Positions 19,828 through 29,989 of a DNA stretch of 64,000 nucleotides are shown piece by piece (position 1 is the first letter of the stretch; every line of letters starts with the position of its first letter). The DNA is taken from IMG/VR virus record IMGVR_UViG_3300029893_000001, positions 186,001-250,000 of that record, one strand, 5' to 3'. Made by a program: the position numbers and the translations under genes. The notes under the pieces were generated by a model, which was not told the DNA's origin, did no database searches, and worked only from the letters and a program-made list of their open reading frames with translations.

Positions 19828-20238
19828 TTAGTTGACTGCAAGGCCTACTACAAGTGCGCTTATCGCCACGCCAAGAATCACCCCGAGACCCAGCATGAAA
19901 ATGTTTCCATTCTCATCCCACCAGCTTCTACGGCTCAATTCCTCAATGCGGGCCCGCTGTTCTGCAATGAATTGGTCTCTCAATGACGAAGAAACTTCTA
20001 GCTCTCGGGTCCGAACATTTACCTCAACCGTAAGCCGCTCTACAGCAGCAGCATCTTCGATGCACTGAAAGGCATCACTCTCTGTGATGAGAAGCCCTTG
20101 AAAAGGAGCTGGCTGCCCCTCAAGTAGAGGGACAGATAGCTGAAAATCCTCGCTCGCTTCGTGCTGTGTTTCTTGTGCGAAAGCAACGATAGGAGCAAAG
20201 GCCACCAACACAGCCATGAAACTAGAAAGGTACTTCAT
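19828..20238 (-). CDS. Exported, C-terminally anchored coiled-coil protein (spanin-like candidate)
   Basis: Sec signal peptide (AFA/QE), GQPAPFQG motif, coiled coil, C-terminal TM helix. Confidence 0.5.
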   Translation of the reverse strand: MKYLSSFMAVLVAFAPIVAFAQETQHEASEDFQLSVPLLEGQPAPFQGLLITESDAFQCIEDAAAVERLTVEVNVRTRELEVSSSLRDQFIAEQRARIEELSRRSWWDENGNIFMLGLGVILGVAISALVVGLAVN

Positions 20239-20597
20239 CTAGGATTCCACCAATCGGGCTTACCAACACTTACATCTTTGGGATGTGGGCCTTTCCTGCG
20301 CTCTTTCTGGGGAAGGGCTCCCATTGGGAAACCGGCGAATGCTTCAACATCTTCGTCTTCTTCATCGTCAGATTCGGGAGCCTCCAGTTCGCCGTCACCA
20401 TCCGAGTCGACAACCTCAATGGGAGGCTCGTCCTCCCTCTCTTCTTGAAGAGCGTTGTCCAAAAGCCCATCCGTATCAGTTCTGTCAGACCTAGCAACGT
20501 GCTCTGCCAAGTGCACCAACCGCTTAAACAGCGTAGGGTGCCCCCGGTGTAACACCACGGAAGCAATTCGAAACAACTTCTCGGAGGAAGAGGTCAC
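20235..20597 (-). CDS. Hypothetical acidic protein
   Basis: 120-aa ORF overlapping both neighbours. Confidence 0.6.
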   Translation of the reverse strand: MTSSSEKLFRIASVVLHRGHPTLFKRLVHLAEHVARSDRTDTDGLLDNALQEEREDEPPIEVVDSDGDGELEAPESDDEEDEDVEAFAGFPMGALPQKERRKGPHPKDVSVGKPDWWNPR

Positions 20598-21022
20598 TCT
20601 TCATCGTCCTCCAGCGGAGGAACTGAGGCCGACGAAGCACCGGGAAGCTCTAAATCGATACCTTTCTTCTTCAGGTATGCTTTGGCGAATGCCCAAGCGA
20701 AAAGCGATAGCACTCCTGCTCCTGCGAAGTAAGCCGAGCTGCCTAAAATTCCCCACGCAGACCCTTCGGGGTTTTGCCAACCAAGGCCCAATAATGCTCC
20801 CGTTACGATTGGGTGCAGGGGAAGAGTTTCTCTTCCCCACCACCAGAAATTCTGCGTGTCCCAAAACTTATACCAGGGGGACGACCTTTTCTTGTACGCC
20901 CGCTCTCGCGTAAAGACGCTTTTACTCATGAACTGACCGATAACGGCCAGAATACCAGTCACCACCAAGAAGGGCCAGTGGGGCAAAACGTACTCGCCCA
21001 ACATCGAAAGGATCTCGTCCAT
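20594..21022 (-). CDS. Membrane protein (holin candidate)
   Basis: About 3 TM segments, charged C-terminus. Confidence 0.5.
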   Translation of the reverse strand: MDEILSMLGEYVLPHWPFLVVTGILAVIGQFMSKSVFTRERAYKKRSSPWYKFWDTQNFWWWGRETLPLHPIVTGALLGLGWQNPEGSAWGILGSSAYFAGAGVLSLFAWAFAKAYLKKKGIDLELPGASSASVPPLEDDEE

Positions 21023-21023
21023 G

Positions 21024-21293
21024 TTACACCGTCCAAGAAGTTGTTACGGTCCAGCGATATTCACGACGCGCATCAGACATGATCGAGACAGATACAAGAT
21101 TGCAGGCTAACGCAGCAGAAGACGGCGCACTGACCTCGGAACGAATCCGATCGGCCAGTTGTGTTACCAAGTAGTTACACGGGTCTACAAGAGTATCAAA
21201 CGTCCACAGAACAACAGAAATGATCTGTGACGTTGTGGTGGAAGAAATAGTAGCAGTCAGTTCACTGCCTCTGGGACCTGACGACGCCATCAC
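21024..21293 (-). CDS. Hypothetical protein
   Basis: 89-aa ORF filling the gap, overlapping the upstream stop. Confidence 0.5.
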   Translation of the reverse strand: MMASSGPRGSELTATISSTTTSQIISVVLWTFDTLVDPCNYLVTQLADRIRSEVSAPSSAALACNLVSVSIMSDARREYRWTVTTSWTV

Positions 21294-22843
21294 TCCAGCT
21301 CGCCAATGACGATCACCTCTCGAACCGAATTTTCCTGAATGATGTCGCGAAGATCTGCATTGATCTTCAGCCTAAACTGGAAAAACGAAGAAGCGGGAAC
21401 GCTGTCTGTTTGACTAAGAACTTGCCAGGGCCCCGAAGACGATGTCCTGAATTCCATCTGAATCTTCGAGGAAGCAATCGTTCCCTTCACAAGATATCCG
21501 TGCAAAGAGACCGGCACCGTGAATTCCATCGAGTCGAAAATAACTACGTTTTCGCCCTCATAGGAGTTCTCCCCCACACGAACAAGTCTGTTGTTTGTGC
21601 TGTCATTGAACAATGCAAAATTGACCAGAACACCGTCGACCGAAAGAACGTCGGCCGCGACAGCCTGAACCTGACCAGTTAGGGGTGCGAACACCGGAGA
21701 GTTTCGGTTTGAAGCGTTTTCGTCGTTGCCAAAATAGCCAAACGTATAGAGATGCTTCATTGTGACGACGTCAAACACCTCTACTCCAGGAGAATTGGTT
21801 AAGTAAAGCCGACGACGTCCGACATCTACGTGGATCTTACTGGCAGCATTAACAGAGAATGAGCGGCCTCTAAATTCAATGTACCCTTTCAAGAACCTAT
21901 TGCTGTTCGGGCCCGTCACCGACAACGCACCCAACTCAAAAGGACGTGCAGTATTTGCTGGATCAGCAGACAAAATCCACAAGGACTCCAAAGTCGAGTC
22001 GTAGAATAGACCAGAGGGAGTTACCACTTGACCTTGATGCAGGGAGCCGCCACTATTCACTGCGACATATTGACCAAACGCAGGAACTGCAGGATTAGAA
22101 AGGTCGAAGGACGCCACAAACCCAGGATCGGTAGCTGTAGGAGGGGTCGAAACGCCACCACACGCAACGTATAGCGTTGAGGTAGCTGGGTCAAACGCCA
22201 GGTCCAACGGGGTATCCAACGCAGCAGCGTCTGGAAGACCGGGGGCACCAGCAGTTCCAAACGTACCAACCTGGGTGAAGGTGGCTGTATCGAAAATACG
22301 GAGTAGGTGCTCAGAACAGACGATTGCGATGTACTCTGCGGCCGTAACCGTAAACGTAATCGCCGCCGTGGGAGTTCCGTATCCGCCTGCCGCTGTACTC
22401 CCAAAACCAGGCACGGCACCAATGATCTGACCGTACTCGTTTAGGTAGAAAACTCCGGCAGCAGAGTCGGTGACGTAGTAACGACGACCATCAGCTAAGG
22501 TTCCATACGGGACAGCGGTAACAGTGCCAGCCGCGTCATCAGAACGCTGCCAAATCTTTCTGACGTCAGAGATATTGGCTTCTAGGTGACCCTGGACGAT
22601 CTTGTCGGAACCTTTGGGTTCGAATCGAATCTCGCGCTGATTCTCGTCTGCGACGAGAAGTCCTGAAGCAGAGTCCACATTCGTGGTATTAAGACGAATG
22701 TTGTAATCTGGAGTCAGCGCACTGATATGGTTAGCTACCGCCTGTGCATACGCCGCATTCGAAAGAACCACGTTCTGACTGACTGTCTGCGCGTTGCTTA
22801 CGGTCAACTGCAGGAATTGCTTGAAAGTGTCGAAGAGGACCAT
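21290..22843 (-). CDS. Beta-propeller (NHL/YncE-like) structural protein
   Basis: Repeated P..LAFD...LYVA / PSGLFYD...LWI / IHVD..RRRLYL blades; start at ATG 22843 after GGAAGG. Confidence 0.65.
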   Translation of the reverse strand: MVLFDTFKQFLQLTVSNAQTVSQNVVLSNAAYAQAVANHISALTPDYNIRLNTTNVDSASGLLVADENQREIRFEPKGSDKIVQGHLEANISDVRKIWQRSDDAAGTVTAVPYGTLADGRRYYVTDSAAGVFYLNEYGQIIGAVPGFGSTAAGGYGTPTAAITFTVTAAEYIAIVCSEHLLRIFDTATFTQVGTFGTAGAPGLPDAAALDTPLDLAFDPATSTLYVACGGVSTPPTATDPGFVASFDLSNPAVPAFGQYVAVNSGGSLHQGQVVTPSGLFYDSTLESLWILSADPANTARPFELGALSVTGPNSNRFLKGYIEFRGRSFSVNAASKIHVDVGRRRLYLTNSPGVEVFDVVTMKHLYTFGYFGNDENASNRNSPVFAPLTGQVQAVAADVLSVDGVLVNFALFNDSTNNRLVRVGENSYEGENVVIFDSMEFTVPVSLHGYLVKGTIASSKIQMEFRTSSSGPWQVLSQTDSVPASSFFQFRLKINADLRDIIQENSVREVIVIGELE

Positions 22844-22856
22844 CGCGAACCTTCCC

Positions 22857-23429
22857 TCACAAAGCAATAATAATCCGGTACGAGGTAACGTGGTTCAACG
22901 TTTTGACGTTTAGCGGTTGGTGCGCTAACGCAAACATGAATTGGCTCCCCACTTCAAAGGGAAACGGAGAGCTTAAAATCGTTGCAAAAAGAGCAATTTC
23001 ACCGATACCTGCCGCTAGTTCATCTCGGGCAATCCGAGCCACGAAACTCTTGGCAGTCCCGTCCAAAGTAGCCGTCTCAACCAAGTCAATCGTATCTCTA
23101 TAAACCTCTGAAGTAAGAGAGGTAGCAGTAGGGTCTACAGCAATAGCGGACAGAGGGTTCGCAGGATCATAGCCAGACGTACCCACAGCGTAATGAGTGA
23201 TACGAATTGAAGTACCGTCTGTTAGAGACCTCGCAAGGTACTGCCTGGCAAGGTCTGTAACCGTCGCCACTACCCTAGAAACCGAACCACCAGGACCCAC
23301 AGACCCACTGACAGACAGACCGACGCATCCCGCCTCGGGCGGCCAATGAACCGTGAAGCTGGCGTCCAACGCACTCCCTGCCCCAACAAAGGGGGAGGAA
23401 GCCGAGAAATCTGAAGAGAAACTCGTCAT
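22857..23429 (-). CDS. Tail collar/fibre-attachment protein (DUF3751/P2 gpH N-terminal-like)
   Basis: VTDLARQYLA...ITHYAVGTSG...IGEIALFA pattern; paralog of 35072..35548. Confidence 0.6.
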   Translation of the reverse strand: MTSFSSDFSASSPFVGAGSALDASFTVHWPPEAGCVGLSVSGSVGPGGSVSRVVATVTDLARQYLARSLTDGTSIRITHYAVGTSGYDPANPLSAIAVDPTATSLTSEVYRDTIDLVETATLDGTAKSFVARIARDELAAGIGEIALFATILSSPFPFEVGSQFMFALAHQPLNVKTLNHVTSYRIIIAL

Positions 23430-23821
23430 CCGGTCACATCTTCGGGGTCAAAGTCGTCGTACACGTGATAGATGAAGCTATGAAAGGGCCCACCAATCGA
23501 ACACTCAGGAACAGAGCCAGTATCCAGCAGATAAAGTAAGCAGCACCAAAACACGTCGTCGTATCTGGTTTTCCTCGAAATCCTTGAGGTCACGTGCTTA
23601 TGAATGTAATTAGCCATCGATTGTGGCGAATTATGACGAGGAGGAGACGCGGCAATATCACGAGCAATAGAACGAGCTTCCTCAAGCTGAGGGAACCCGC
23701 CCCGACGAGCAAGTTCATAAACGCGTCGAATGCCTGGTGCTTGATCGATAGCTGAAGCATAGAAATGCTGAAGCTTCAGCAGTTCTTCCGGACTAGCTAA
23801 GGCGTGACGATACTGCATCAC
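23426..23821 (-). CDS. Hypothetical protein
   Basis: 131-aa ORF overlapping both neighbours. Confidence 0.6.
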   Translation of the reverse strand: MMQYRHALASPEELLKLQHFYASAIDQAPGIRRVYELARRGGFPQLEEARSIARDIAASPPRHNSPQSMANYIHKHVTSRISRKTRYDDVFWCCLLYLLDTGSVPECSIGGPFHSFIYHVYDDFDPEDVTG

Positions 23822-24939
23822 GGCTGCGGAGCCTTACCGTTCCAGGCGGCCCCAATTCCATTACCCAGAACGTATGTATTGTTGCTATTGATGGGGGTAC
23901 GATTGGCTACTGAATCATTGAGTACTCGAACTCCGTGAAGACGGCCACGCCATGCCATGTTTGGGGCCCGAAGAAAAACGACAGCGTCATAGTCGTCTAT
24001 CTGTACCGATCTTGGGTTGGTCGCTGCTGCAGCTACGGAAAGCATATCGACGCCACTGGACAACAGCCTCTTCTGTGCGACATAAGCATTGATCACACCA
24101 CCTGACAGGTCCAGCATCTCCCCAACAACAAAGTTGTCGGCCACGGTTGTGTCCCTGGACAGATTATTTGCCGGTCCCGGAGATGTCGTGCTGCCAAAAA
24201 TCGCGCTGTATTCGAGGTCCTTGGGAACCCCCGTCTCTGCTGGAGAATGAAATGGACTCAATGCGCCAACCCACAGAGCATTGCGATCTGCACCTGCGCC
24301 ACCAGGAGGTCCCTCAGACCAAATGAAGAAATACCCCAAGGCAGAGTCCGCAACGCAGAACGTACGCTCGACAGCAAGGGGGAACCAATGTGAGGTAGAC
24401 ACGGGTAAAACCCAAGTACTGGTCCCCACATCCCAACCTCCCGTGAACCCAAGTTGCCACTCCAGCGCAGCAGGCGCTGCGCTAACTACACAACGGGCTT
24501 GCCACGAAGGTCCAGTTGTAGCTGGGGTCTGAATTACGAAGTAATCTCCAGCAGCGGGAGAAGCCGCTGTGTCGAAAACGATGTATTCGATATCCGTGGA
24601 GTCTACATTCAAAATCGCAGAAGCATCTAAGTTTACCCGAGTCGGAGAAATAACTGCCGTAATCTCTGCGATGAAGCAGTTCGTGGGATTTGCAGCATCC
24701 CTAATTGCGATATGCTTATTGACAAATGTGGCATCAAAAACAGCATTCGCGTCATAAAACGCCGATGGTGTTGTGGAATTCACAATGCCGGTCGAGCTTG
24801 AAAAATGGAGTGGAGTCCAGTTAGCGCCTGATGTCTCAATGACTGTGAAGGGGTTAACGAAAGTAAGCCAATGGTACAAAATGTGTGCTTGTACCTGATA
24901 GGTTGGCGTAGCGGTATTGTGAAGATGCTTAGCGACCAT
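23818..24939 (-). CDS. Virion structural protein (paralog of 28910..29974)
   Basis: Shared WQAR.VV, GGW...W.LPV and C-terminal LGNG...W.G motifs. Confidence 0.65.
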   Translation of the reverse strand: MVAKHLHNTATPTYQVQAHILYHWLTFVNPFTVIETSGANWTPLHFSSSTGIVNSTTPSAFYDANAVFDATFVNKHIAIRDAANPTNCFIAEITAVISPTRVNLDASAILNVDSTDIEYIVFDTAASPAAGDYFVIQTPATTGPSWQARCVVSAAPAALEWQLGFTGGWDVGTSTWVLPVSTSHWFPLAVERTFCVADSALGYFFIWSEGPPGGAGADRNALWVGALSPFHSPAETGVPKDLEYSAIFGSTTSPGPANNLSRDTTVADNFVVGEMLDLSGGVINAYVAQKRLLSSGVDMLSVAAAATNPRSVQIDDYDAVVFLRAPNMAWRGRLHGVRVLNDSVANRTPINSNNTYVLGNGIGAAWNGKAPQP

Positions 24940-24957
24940 GATCAGCCTTTTACGTAA

Positions 24958-25968
24958 TCATTCTTCAGCAACTTCCTGACCCTCGGACCGTTGCTCAGTT
25001 GCCTTCTGAAGCGCCTTGAGTTCTTTATTAAGCTGGGCTCGCTGAGCCCGATTCAAGGCCACTGACTGAATTACAATGGTGTTGGTTGCCATGATGGCCG
25101 CCAGCAATGATTTGCAGGCGATGTAAGTGCCTGGCTGAAGGGCGTCCCTAGAAGAAGCCGCAGCGACATTCAATGCTTCAGCCAACGCTACAGCCTTGAG
25201 TGATGAGTTCCTAATAAGGGAGAACACTGCGTCAGTTGAATACACAAGACATTCTGTTAGCTCAGACTTTTGTCGTGTCACAGCAACCCGAGAGTTGTCA
25301 ACCTTGGCCTCGTGCAAACCAACAAAGCTGCGAAACTCTTCAGCGTCCTTGGCGGAAGACGTTTGCTTCGAGCGCCTTTGCTGATTCTTGAAATTTGTGT
25401 CCGTCTTTCTTTGAACTTGGTCTTTGCCCTCTGAGGGCTTCACTTCCTTTTCTATACCAAGAATTGCGGACTCCAATTCAGGATCAAACTCTTCAGGGTC
25501 CTTCTCTTCTAAGTCCTCGCCGTCCACGTCTTCAGGCGCAGACTGACTGATCAGAGATTTTGAAGCTCCGACAATTGATCTGAAGATCACAGAAAATGAG
25601 GCAAGTGCCAGCCGAGAAACTGCATTGATCTGGTCTTCTGTTTTCCGCTTCTTTTGCATAAATGGAACAACGCGGTAAACAGTTCTCCAAAACAATCTCT
25701 TGTACGCTTTGTTGCGGTACTCTCCAGGAACTCTGTCTTGAATGACTTTTTCGAGCTGGTCTTTTATTGGAGTCGACGAAACTAATCTCTCTGCAACCTT
25801 GTCATAATTCCGGAGCGAACGCTCCAAAGCGTCAGTAGCAGACTTAAGTCGACGTAGAGACGTTACGTCCATGGCGCCTGTAAGACGCACAGCCGCACCA
25901 AAAGCCTGACGAATATTGTCGTTCAGCTTCTCAGGCAACCGACTGGATATCTTCCCAGGTAACGCCAT
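24958..25968 (-). CDS. Hypothetical helical protein
   Basis: 336-aa charged ORF. Confidence 0.65.
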   Translation of the reverse strand: MALPGKISSRLPEKLNDNIRQAFGAAVRLTGAMDVTSLRRLKSATDALERSLRNYDKVAERLVSSTPIKDQLEKVIQDRVPGEYRNKAYKRLFWRTVYRVVPFMQKKRKTEDQINAVSRLALASFSVIFRSIVGASKSLISQSAPEDVDGEDLEEKDPEEFDPELESAILGIEKEVKPSEGKDQVQRKTDTNFKNQQRRSKQTSSAKDAEEFRSFVGLHEAKVDNSRVAVTRQKSELTECLVYSTDAVFSLIRNSSLKAVALAEALNVAAASSRDALQPGTYIACKSLLAAIMATNTIVIQSVALNRAQRAQLNKELKALQKATEQRSEGQEVAEE

Positions 25969-25972
25969 GAAA

Positions 25973-26386
25973 TTACGCCAGTTTCCAGGTACGGATTACA
26001 GGGGACCCCTTACCTCTGGTAAACTTGAATTGGGAGCACTCTTGCTCAAACATTTCAAAGGCCTTCCGGAAAACCTCGGTAACGGGGGACTCCAGAGAGG
26101 GCTCCGGAATTAAGAACTTGTCGGTGTTGTCATCTGCCTCACGGCGAGGATCCCTGTTTCTCGCCGCAACAATCTCCTGAACAACAAGAGGCACGGATTT
26201 CTCATCGGCTGGCTCAACAGCAGGAACCAGTTGTTGCGATTCGCGAGAAATACGACGGACCTTTCGCAGCGTGTCATTTATCTGCCTAACCTGCCTCGTC
26301 GCCAATTCGCGGTTCTCTCGCTCAATCGCCCCCACGTCTACTGCCTCTTCAAGAAGAACTGCTGCAGCACCATCTCTTTCAGTCAT
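25973..26386 (-). CDS. Hypothetical protein
   Basis: Start moved to the ATGA overlap at 26386. Confidence 0.6.
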   Translation of the reverse strand: MTERDGAAAVLLEEAVDVGAIERENRELATRQVRQINDTLRKVRRISRESQQLVPAVEPADEKSVPLVVQEIVAARNRDPRREADDNTDKFLIPEPSLESPVTEVFRKAFEMFEQECSQFKFTRGKGSPVIRTWKLA

Positions 26387-26679
26387 TTCCGAATACCCCA
26401 TAGTCTTTCGGCAAGGTCATGAGCCTGGTCAACCGCAGTGACAACACTGCCTCCGTAAGACTGCAGCATCGCTGATACTTCTTTTTCCCGTTCTGTTTGT
26501 GCTTTCCTAATCTCGTCCAAAGCCTTAGCGTGGCCTTCTAGAATTTCCTGAATCTTCTTGTTGAGTTCTTCCACGTCCTTTTTGGCCTGCTCGTCCTTCT
26601 TGGTATAAGCGAGCCACAAGACCGCACAGAAAATTCCTAACGGACCATACGTGAGGAGGGCTGTAAGAATCTCTACCAT
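26383..26679 (-). CDS. Single-TM coiled-coil protein (BhlA-like holin candidate)
   Basis: YGPLGIFCAVLWLAY TM segment followed by a coiled coil. Confidence 0.5.
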   Translation of the reverse strand: MVEILTALLTYGPLGIFCAVLWLAYTKKDEQAKKDVEELNKKIQEILEGHAKALDEIRKAQTEREKEVSAMLQSYGGSVVTAVDQAHDLAERLWGIRK

Positions 26680-28904
26680 TAGGCTGCTCTAGACTCTTCA
26701 GATCTCAACGCCTTATGAAGGGCATCATCGATGGCCAAGAACATATGGCCGTATGCTTGAATGGTGGGAGGAAGATTGGGGTACTTTGCTTTTGCCTTAA
26801 AGCTCTCTTGAATCATGCGTTGTGCAGCTTCAGCAATTCGGGAAGACTGCCGAAGCAATTCACGTTCAAGCGCCGCATCGTCTGGGAGCCCATTCTTAAG
26901 GAGGTCGACCAAGGTAGGCACGTTTTCGGACAGCAATCGAACGGCTTGTTCAAAGTCGCTCTTAGGCCTCTGAGCCTTCTGCTCTTGGCCCTGCATCATG
27001 CCGGGCTCTGGCTTGTGTGCCAGGCCCTTATTGAGGAGGTCCTTGCGCTCTCCAACCGACTTCAACTGATCCTGCAGACGAAGGATTGTGTTTCTTGCTT
27101 TACGGGCAGAATCGGCGTCACCTTCTTGTTCGAACTTGGCTTGAAGCTTCTGAGCCAACTCAAGCTGCTTCTTCAGAGAAGACTCGATCTGTTGCAGCTC
27201 TCTAAGAGCAAGCTGCTGTTTCTTCAATGATAGAGCAGGGTCTCGCCGCGGGCCTTCGTCCTGGAACTTGCGTCGGTCCAGTTCTTCACGACCACGTTCA
27301 ACAAGATCTGCGATACCGCGGCCAACTTGCTGACCCTTCTCCTTTGTCCAGGTAGTTGCCTTACCCAAACCACGGCCAATGGCCTTGGATGTGTCGATGA
27401 TCTGCTGAAGATCAATGGCCTCTTTGACCATCCCAGCCTCAATAAACGCTGCATGAAGGCGCTGAGCTTCATGAAGCCGCGTCATCGCCTCTCTTGTCTC
27501 GGGGGTAACCACCCCATCCATCGTGGATGCCAAAAATTCATACAAGGAAGGAACCAAAAGAATCGCAGAACGATGCATCGGATTCCGACTATAAGGGACA
27601 GCAAGCTTCTTTGCCTCATGCGCCCGCTTCAAAATTGCAGCATTTGCTGTTTGAATGAACTGCTCGACCTTGGGGTCAGAAGGAATATCAGGAGCAAGGA
27701 AAGAGATTATGAAGTCGCCATAGTGCTGAGAAACTTGATCCACAAAGGCTAGCATCTCGTCTGCGCGCTTTTTGTAACGCTGTGGCTTAGAAGCAATCTC
27801 TTTTCCAACATCTTCCTGCTGAATATCTTCCTTTGCCTTTTCCTTCAATTTCTCGACAGTGTCGGAATCATCTGGGAGGTCTCTGAGTGCCTCGTCTAAT
27901 TCCTGGAGCCTCTGCTCGGTCTGGATATCCCGTAACCTATCCTCGTGTCGAATGATTTCTTTTACGAGACTTCGCTGCTCCTTCTCTGCCTCGTCGACCT
28001 CTTTTTGCAGGGATTCAGCAACCTCTTTAAGGGTGTTGATCTCGTACCTAGAACCCTTCATGTCTATGAGTTGAGCAATGTCTCTGTGGGTTCGCAGAAG
28101 CTTCTCAAGCTTTTTGTCAAGGACCTTTTGGACACCAAACAGCTTCTTCCTCAAAGCCGAGATCTCTTCCAGCTCCGAAAGTTTGTTCTTCATGAGCTGT
28201 TCGATGATTTCGTCGTCCTCTGTCCCTGGGGTTACAACAGCGGCGTCATTTGCCTCCTGAAGTTCATCAATCAGACCGTCTTCCGTCTTGGTGATGGACG
28301 ACACGAGCTTGTCGATCGCTTCAATTTCTCGACGAATAGCAGCTTCTGCTTTTTCTGCACGATCGATGTGTAACTGAATCCACTCCGACTTCTTCCGCAG
28401 TCGTTCTTGCTCCTCTGGATCATTAGAGGCCTCTCGCTGCTCCTCAACCTCAGCTAGATTCGCATCGAGCTTCTCGACTTGGTCGTGTGCTTTTTCGAGT
28501 CGGGCCTTGGCGAGATCTAGTCTTTTCTTAAGAGCATCAAGGTCCTCAAGGACCTTCTCTTCCAGAGAGTCAAAAAGCTTCTCTCTTTTGGCAGCGGCCT
28601 GCTCGCGCTTTTCCTTCGTTACACCACTATTGATGATATCATGAGCCGCTTCGGGCGTTAGCTGCTTGATATCTGCGGCAGAGTAACCAAGATCGGCCAG
28701 TTGCTGACGCATATCCTTGGTAATGAGGACTGGTAAGGTGGCAATTTCGTCTGTAGAAGCAAGGGCGGGCTCCTCGCCCGCAGTCCTCTTATGGCGTAGC
28801 TCTTGGCGAACTTCGGCCAAACGCAGGCGCCTCTTCCGTGCGTGTGCCAAGTTAGCAACAGAAGACTGGAGAAGAACCTTTGCGTATCGGTCCGAAAGAG
28901 ACAT
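26679..28904 (-). CDS. Long coiled-coil protein
   Basis: 741 aa, E/K/L/Q-rich heptads; no ATPase motifs; small N-terminal 'PVLITKDMRQQLADLGYS...LTPEAAHDII' module. Confidence 0.7.
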   Translation of the reverse strand: MSLSDRYAKVLLQSSVANLAHARKRRLRLAEVRQELRHKRTAGEEPALASTDEIATLPVLITKDMRQQLADLGYSAADIKQLTPEAAHDIINSGVTKEKREQAAAKREKLFDSLEEKVLEDLDALKKRLDLAKARLEKAHDQVEKLDANLAEVEEQREASNDPEEQERLRKKSEWIQLHIDRAEKAEAAIRREIEAIDKLVSSITKTEDGLIDELQEANDAAVVTPGTEDDEIIEQLMKNKLSELEEISALRKKLFGVQKVLDKKLEKLLRTHRDIAQLIDMKGSRYEINTLKEVAESLQKEVDEAEKEQRSLVKEIIRHEDRLRDIQTEQRLQELDEALRDLPDDSDTVEKLKEKAKEDIQQEDVGKEIASKPQRYKKRADEMLAFVDQVSQHYGDFIISFLAPDIPSDPKVEQFIQTANAAILKRAHEAKKLAVPYSRNPMHRSAILLVPSLYEFLASTMDGVVTPETREAMTRLHEAQRLHAAFIEAGMVKEAIDLQQIIDTSKAIGRGLGKATTWTKEKGQQVGRGIADLVERGREELDRRKFQDEGPRRDPALSLKKQQLALRELQQIESSLKKQLELAQKLQAKFEQEGDADSARKARNTILRLQDQLKSVGERKDLLNKGLAHKPEPGMMQGQEQKAQRPKSDFEQAVRLLSENVPTLVDLLKNGLPDDAALERELLRQSSRIAEAAQRMIQESFKAKAKYPNLPPTIQAYGHMFLAIDDALHKALRSEESRAA

Positions 28905-28909
28905 TCATC

Positions 28910-29974
28910 TTACCTAGACAAACTGCCATCCCATTCAATGGCAAGTCCATTACCAAGACTTAGAATAAGGCGTCCGTTATCAACGAAAGACCTGTAGGGA
29001 ACCTGATCTGAAATGTACCGGAGCCCGCGAAGATATCCGCGGTCGTCCTCCTGAAACCCGGCGACGTTGTTTCCGATAGGAATCTTTGCAGAATCGTTCC
29101 TAAGGTCGAATTGGCTAGGAGGCAACGAAGTGAACATATTCTGCTGTACTGAGTCCCCGTAGCTTATGGCGGAATAGGACAAGTTCGTCGTAAGTGCATC
29201 GTCTAAGCATTGAATGTCGGCCAATGCACCGCCGGGGCCTAACACTGGGGTACCACCGAAAGCGCACACAAATCTAGTGTCTTCAGTTGGGCGCCGGGTC
29301 TCCCCTGCACCAAAGTATGCAATCCTAAATACCCCTGTCCCGGCAGCGTTCTGCGTCCACATCCGAACGTGAGTATCGTCAATCAAGACGTACCATGTCT
29401 GAGTAGCATCTGCCTGAATCTGCTGTGTGTTGAGCACTGGAAGTGTCCATCCAGCACCCCACCCACCCTGAGGGGCCACTTCTAGTTCAATCGTGTCTGT
29501 CACAGCCGCTTGGACCACTAAACGGGCCTGCCACAATGGAGCAGCGGTACCCGATTTACCCTGAACTACGTAGTAGTTCGTCCCTGCGGCATTCAAGGTA
29601 GGATCAACAACTCGAAATTCGACATTGGTATCGTCAACGAAAGACGCACCGTACAAACCTCCCTCCAGCACTACCTCAGTAGCAGAAGGGACCCCAATGA
29701 TCTTGTAGACACCATTATTGACGAATTCAGACCCATGAACTGTCAGCCACATGTTTACGTGGCCAGGCAAGAAAGGCCCTGCCGTGCTTCGAAAACGATT
29801 TGGTTGTGAACCACTTACTTCCCCGTCTACACCTGTAACGAGAGGAGCTTCGAAGACACCAAGAGGGTTAACTTCTACGTCGCCCCATCCAAGGGCGTAT
29901 ACCAGAAGCTCTCGAAGAAGGACGTGAATAGTCCTAGCAGGCTCGTTAACTCTCTTTAGGATCTTTGTAGGCAT
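28910..29974 (-). CDS. Virion structural protein (paralog of 23818..24939)
   Basis: Same motifs as its paralog; structural context. Confidence 0.65.
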   Translation of the reverse strand: MPTKILKRVNEPARTIHVLLRELLVYALGWGDVEVNPLGVFEAPLVTGVDGEVSGSQPNRFRSTAGPFLPGHVNMWLTVHGSEFVNNGVYKIIGVPSATEVVLEGGLYGASFVDDTNVEFRVVDPTLNAAGTNYYVVQGKSGTAAPLWQARLVVQAAVTDTIELEVAPQGGWGAGWTLPVLNTQQIQADATQTWYVLIDDTHVRMWTQNAAGTGVFRIAYFGAGETRRPTEDTRFVCAFGGTPVLGPGGALADIQCLDDALTTNLSYSAISYGDSVQQNMFTSLPPSQFDLRNDSAKIPIGNNVAGFQEDDRGYLRGLRYISDQVPYRSFVDNGRLILSLGNGLAIEWDGSLSR

Positions 29975-29989
29975 GAAGAAAGCCTCTAA

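Noticed and set aside
26679-28904. Coiled-coil protein as SbcC/SMC or tape measure protein
   Set aside because: No Walker or signature motifs, no zinc hook, and not the Ala/Gly-rich composition or position of a tape measure.
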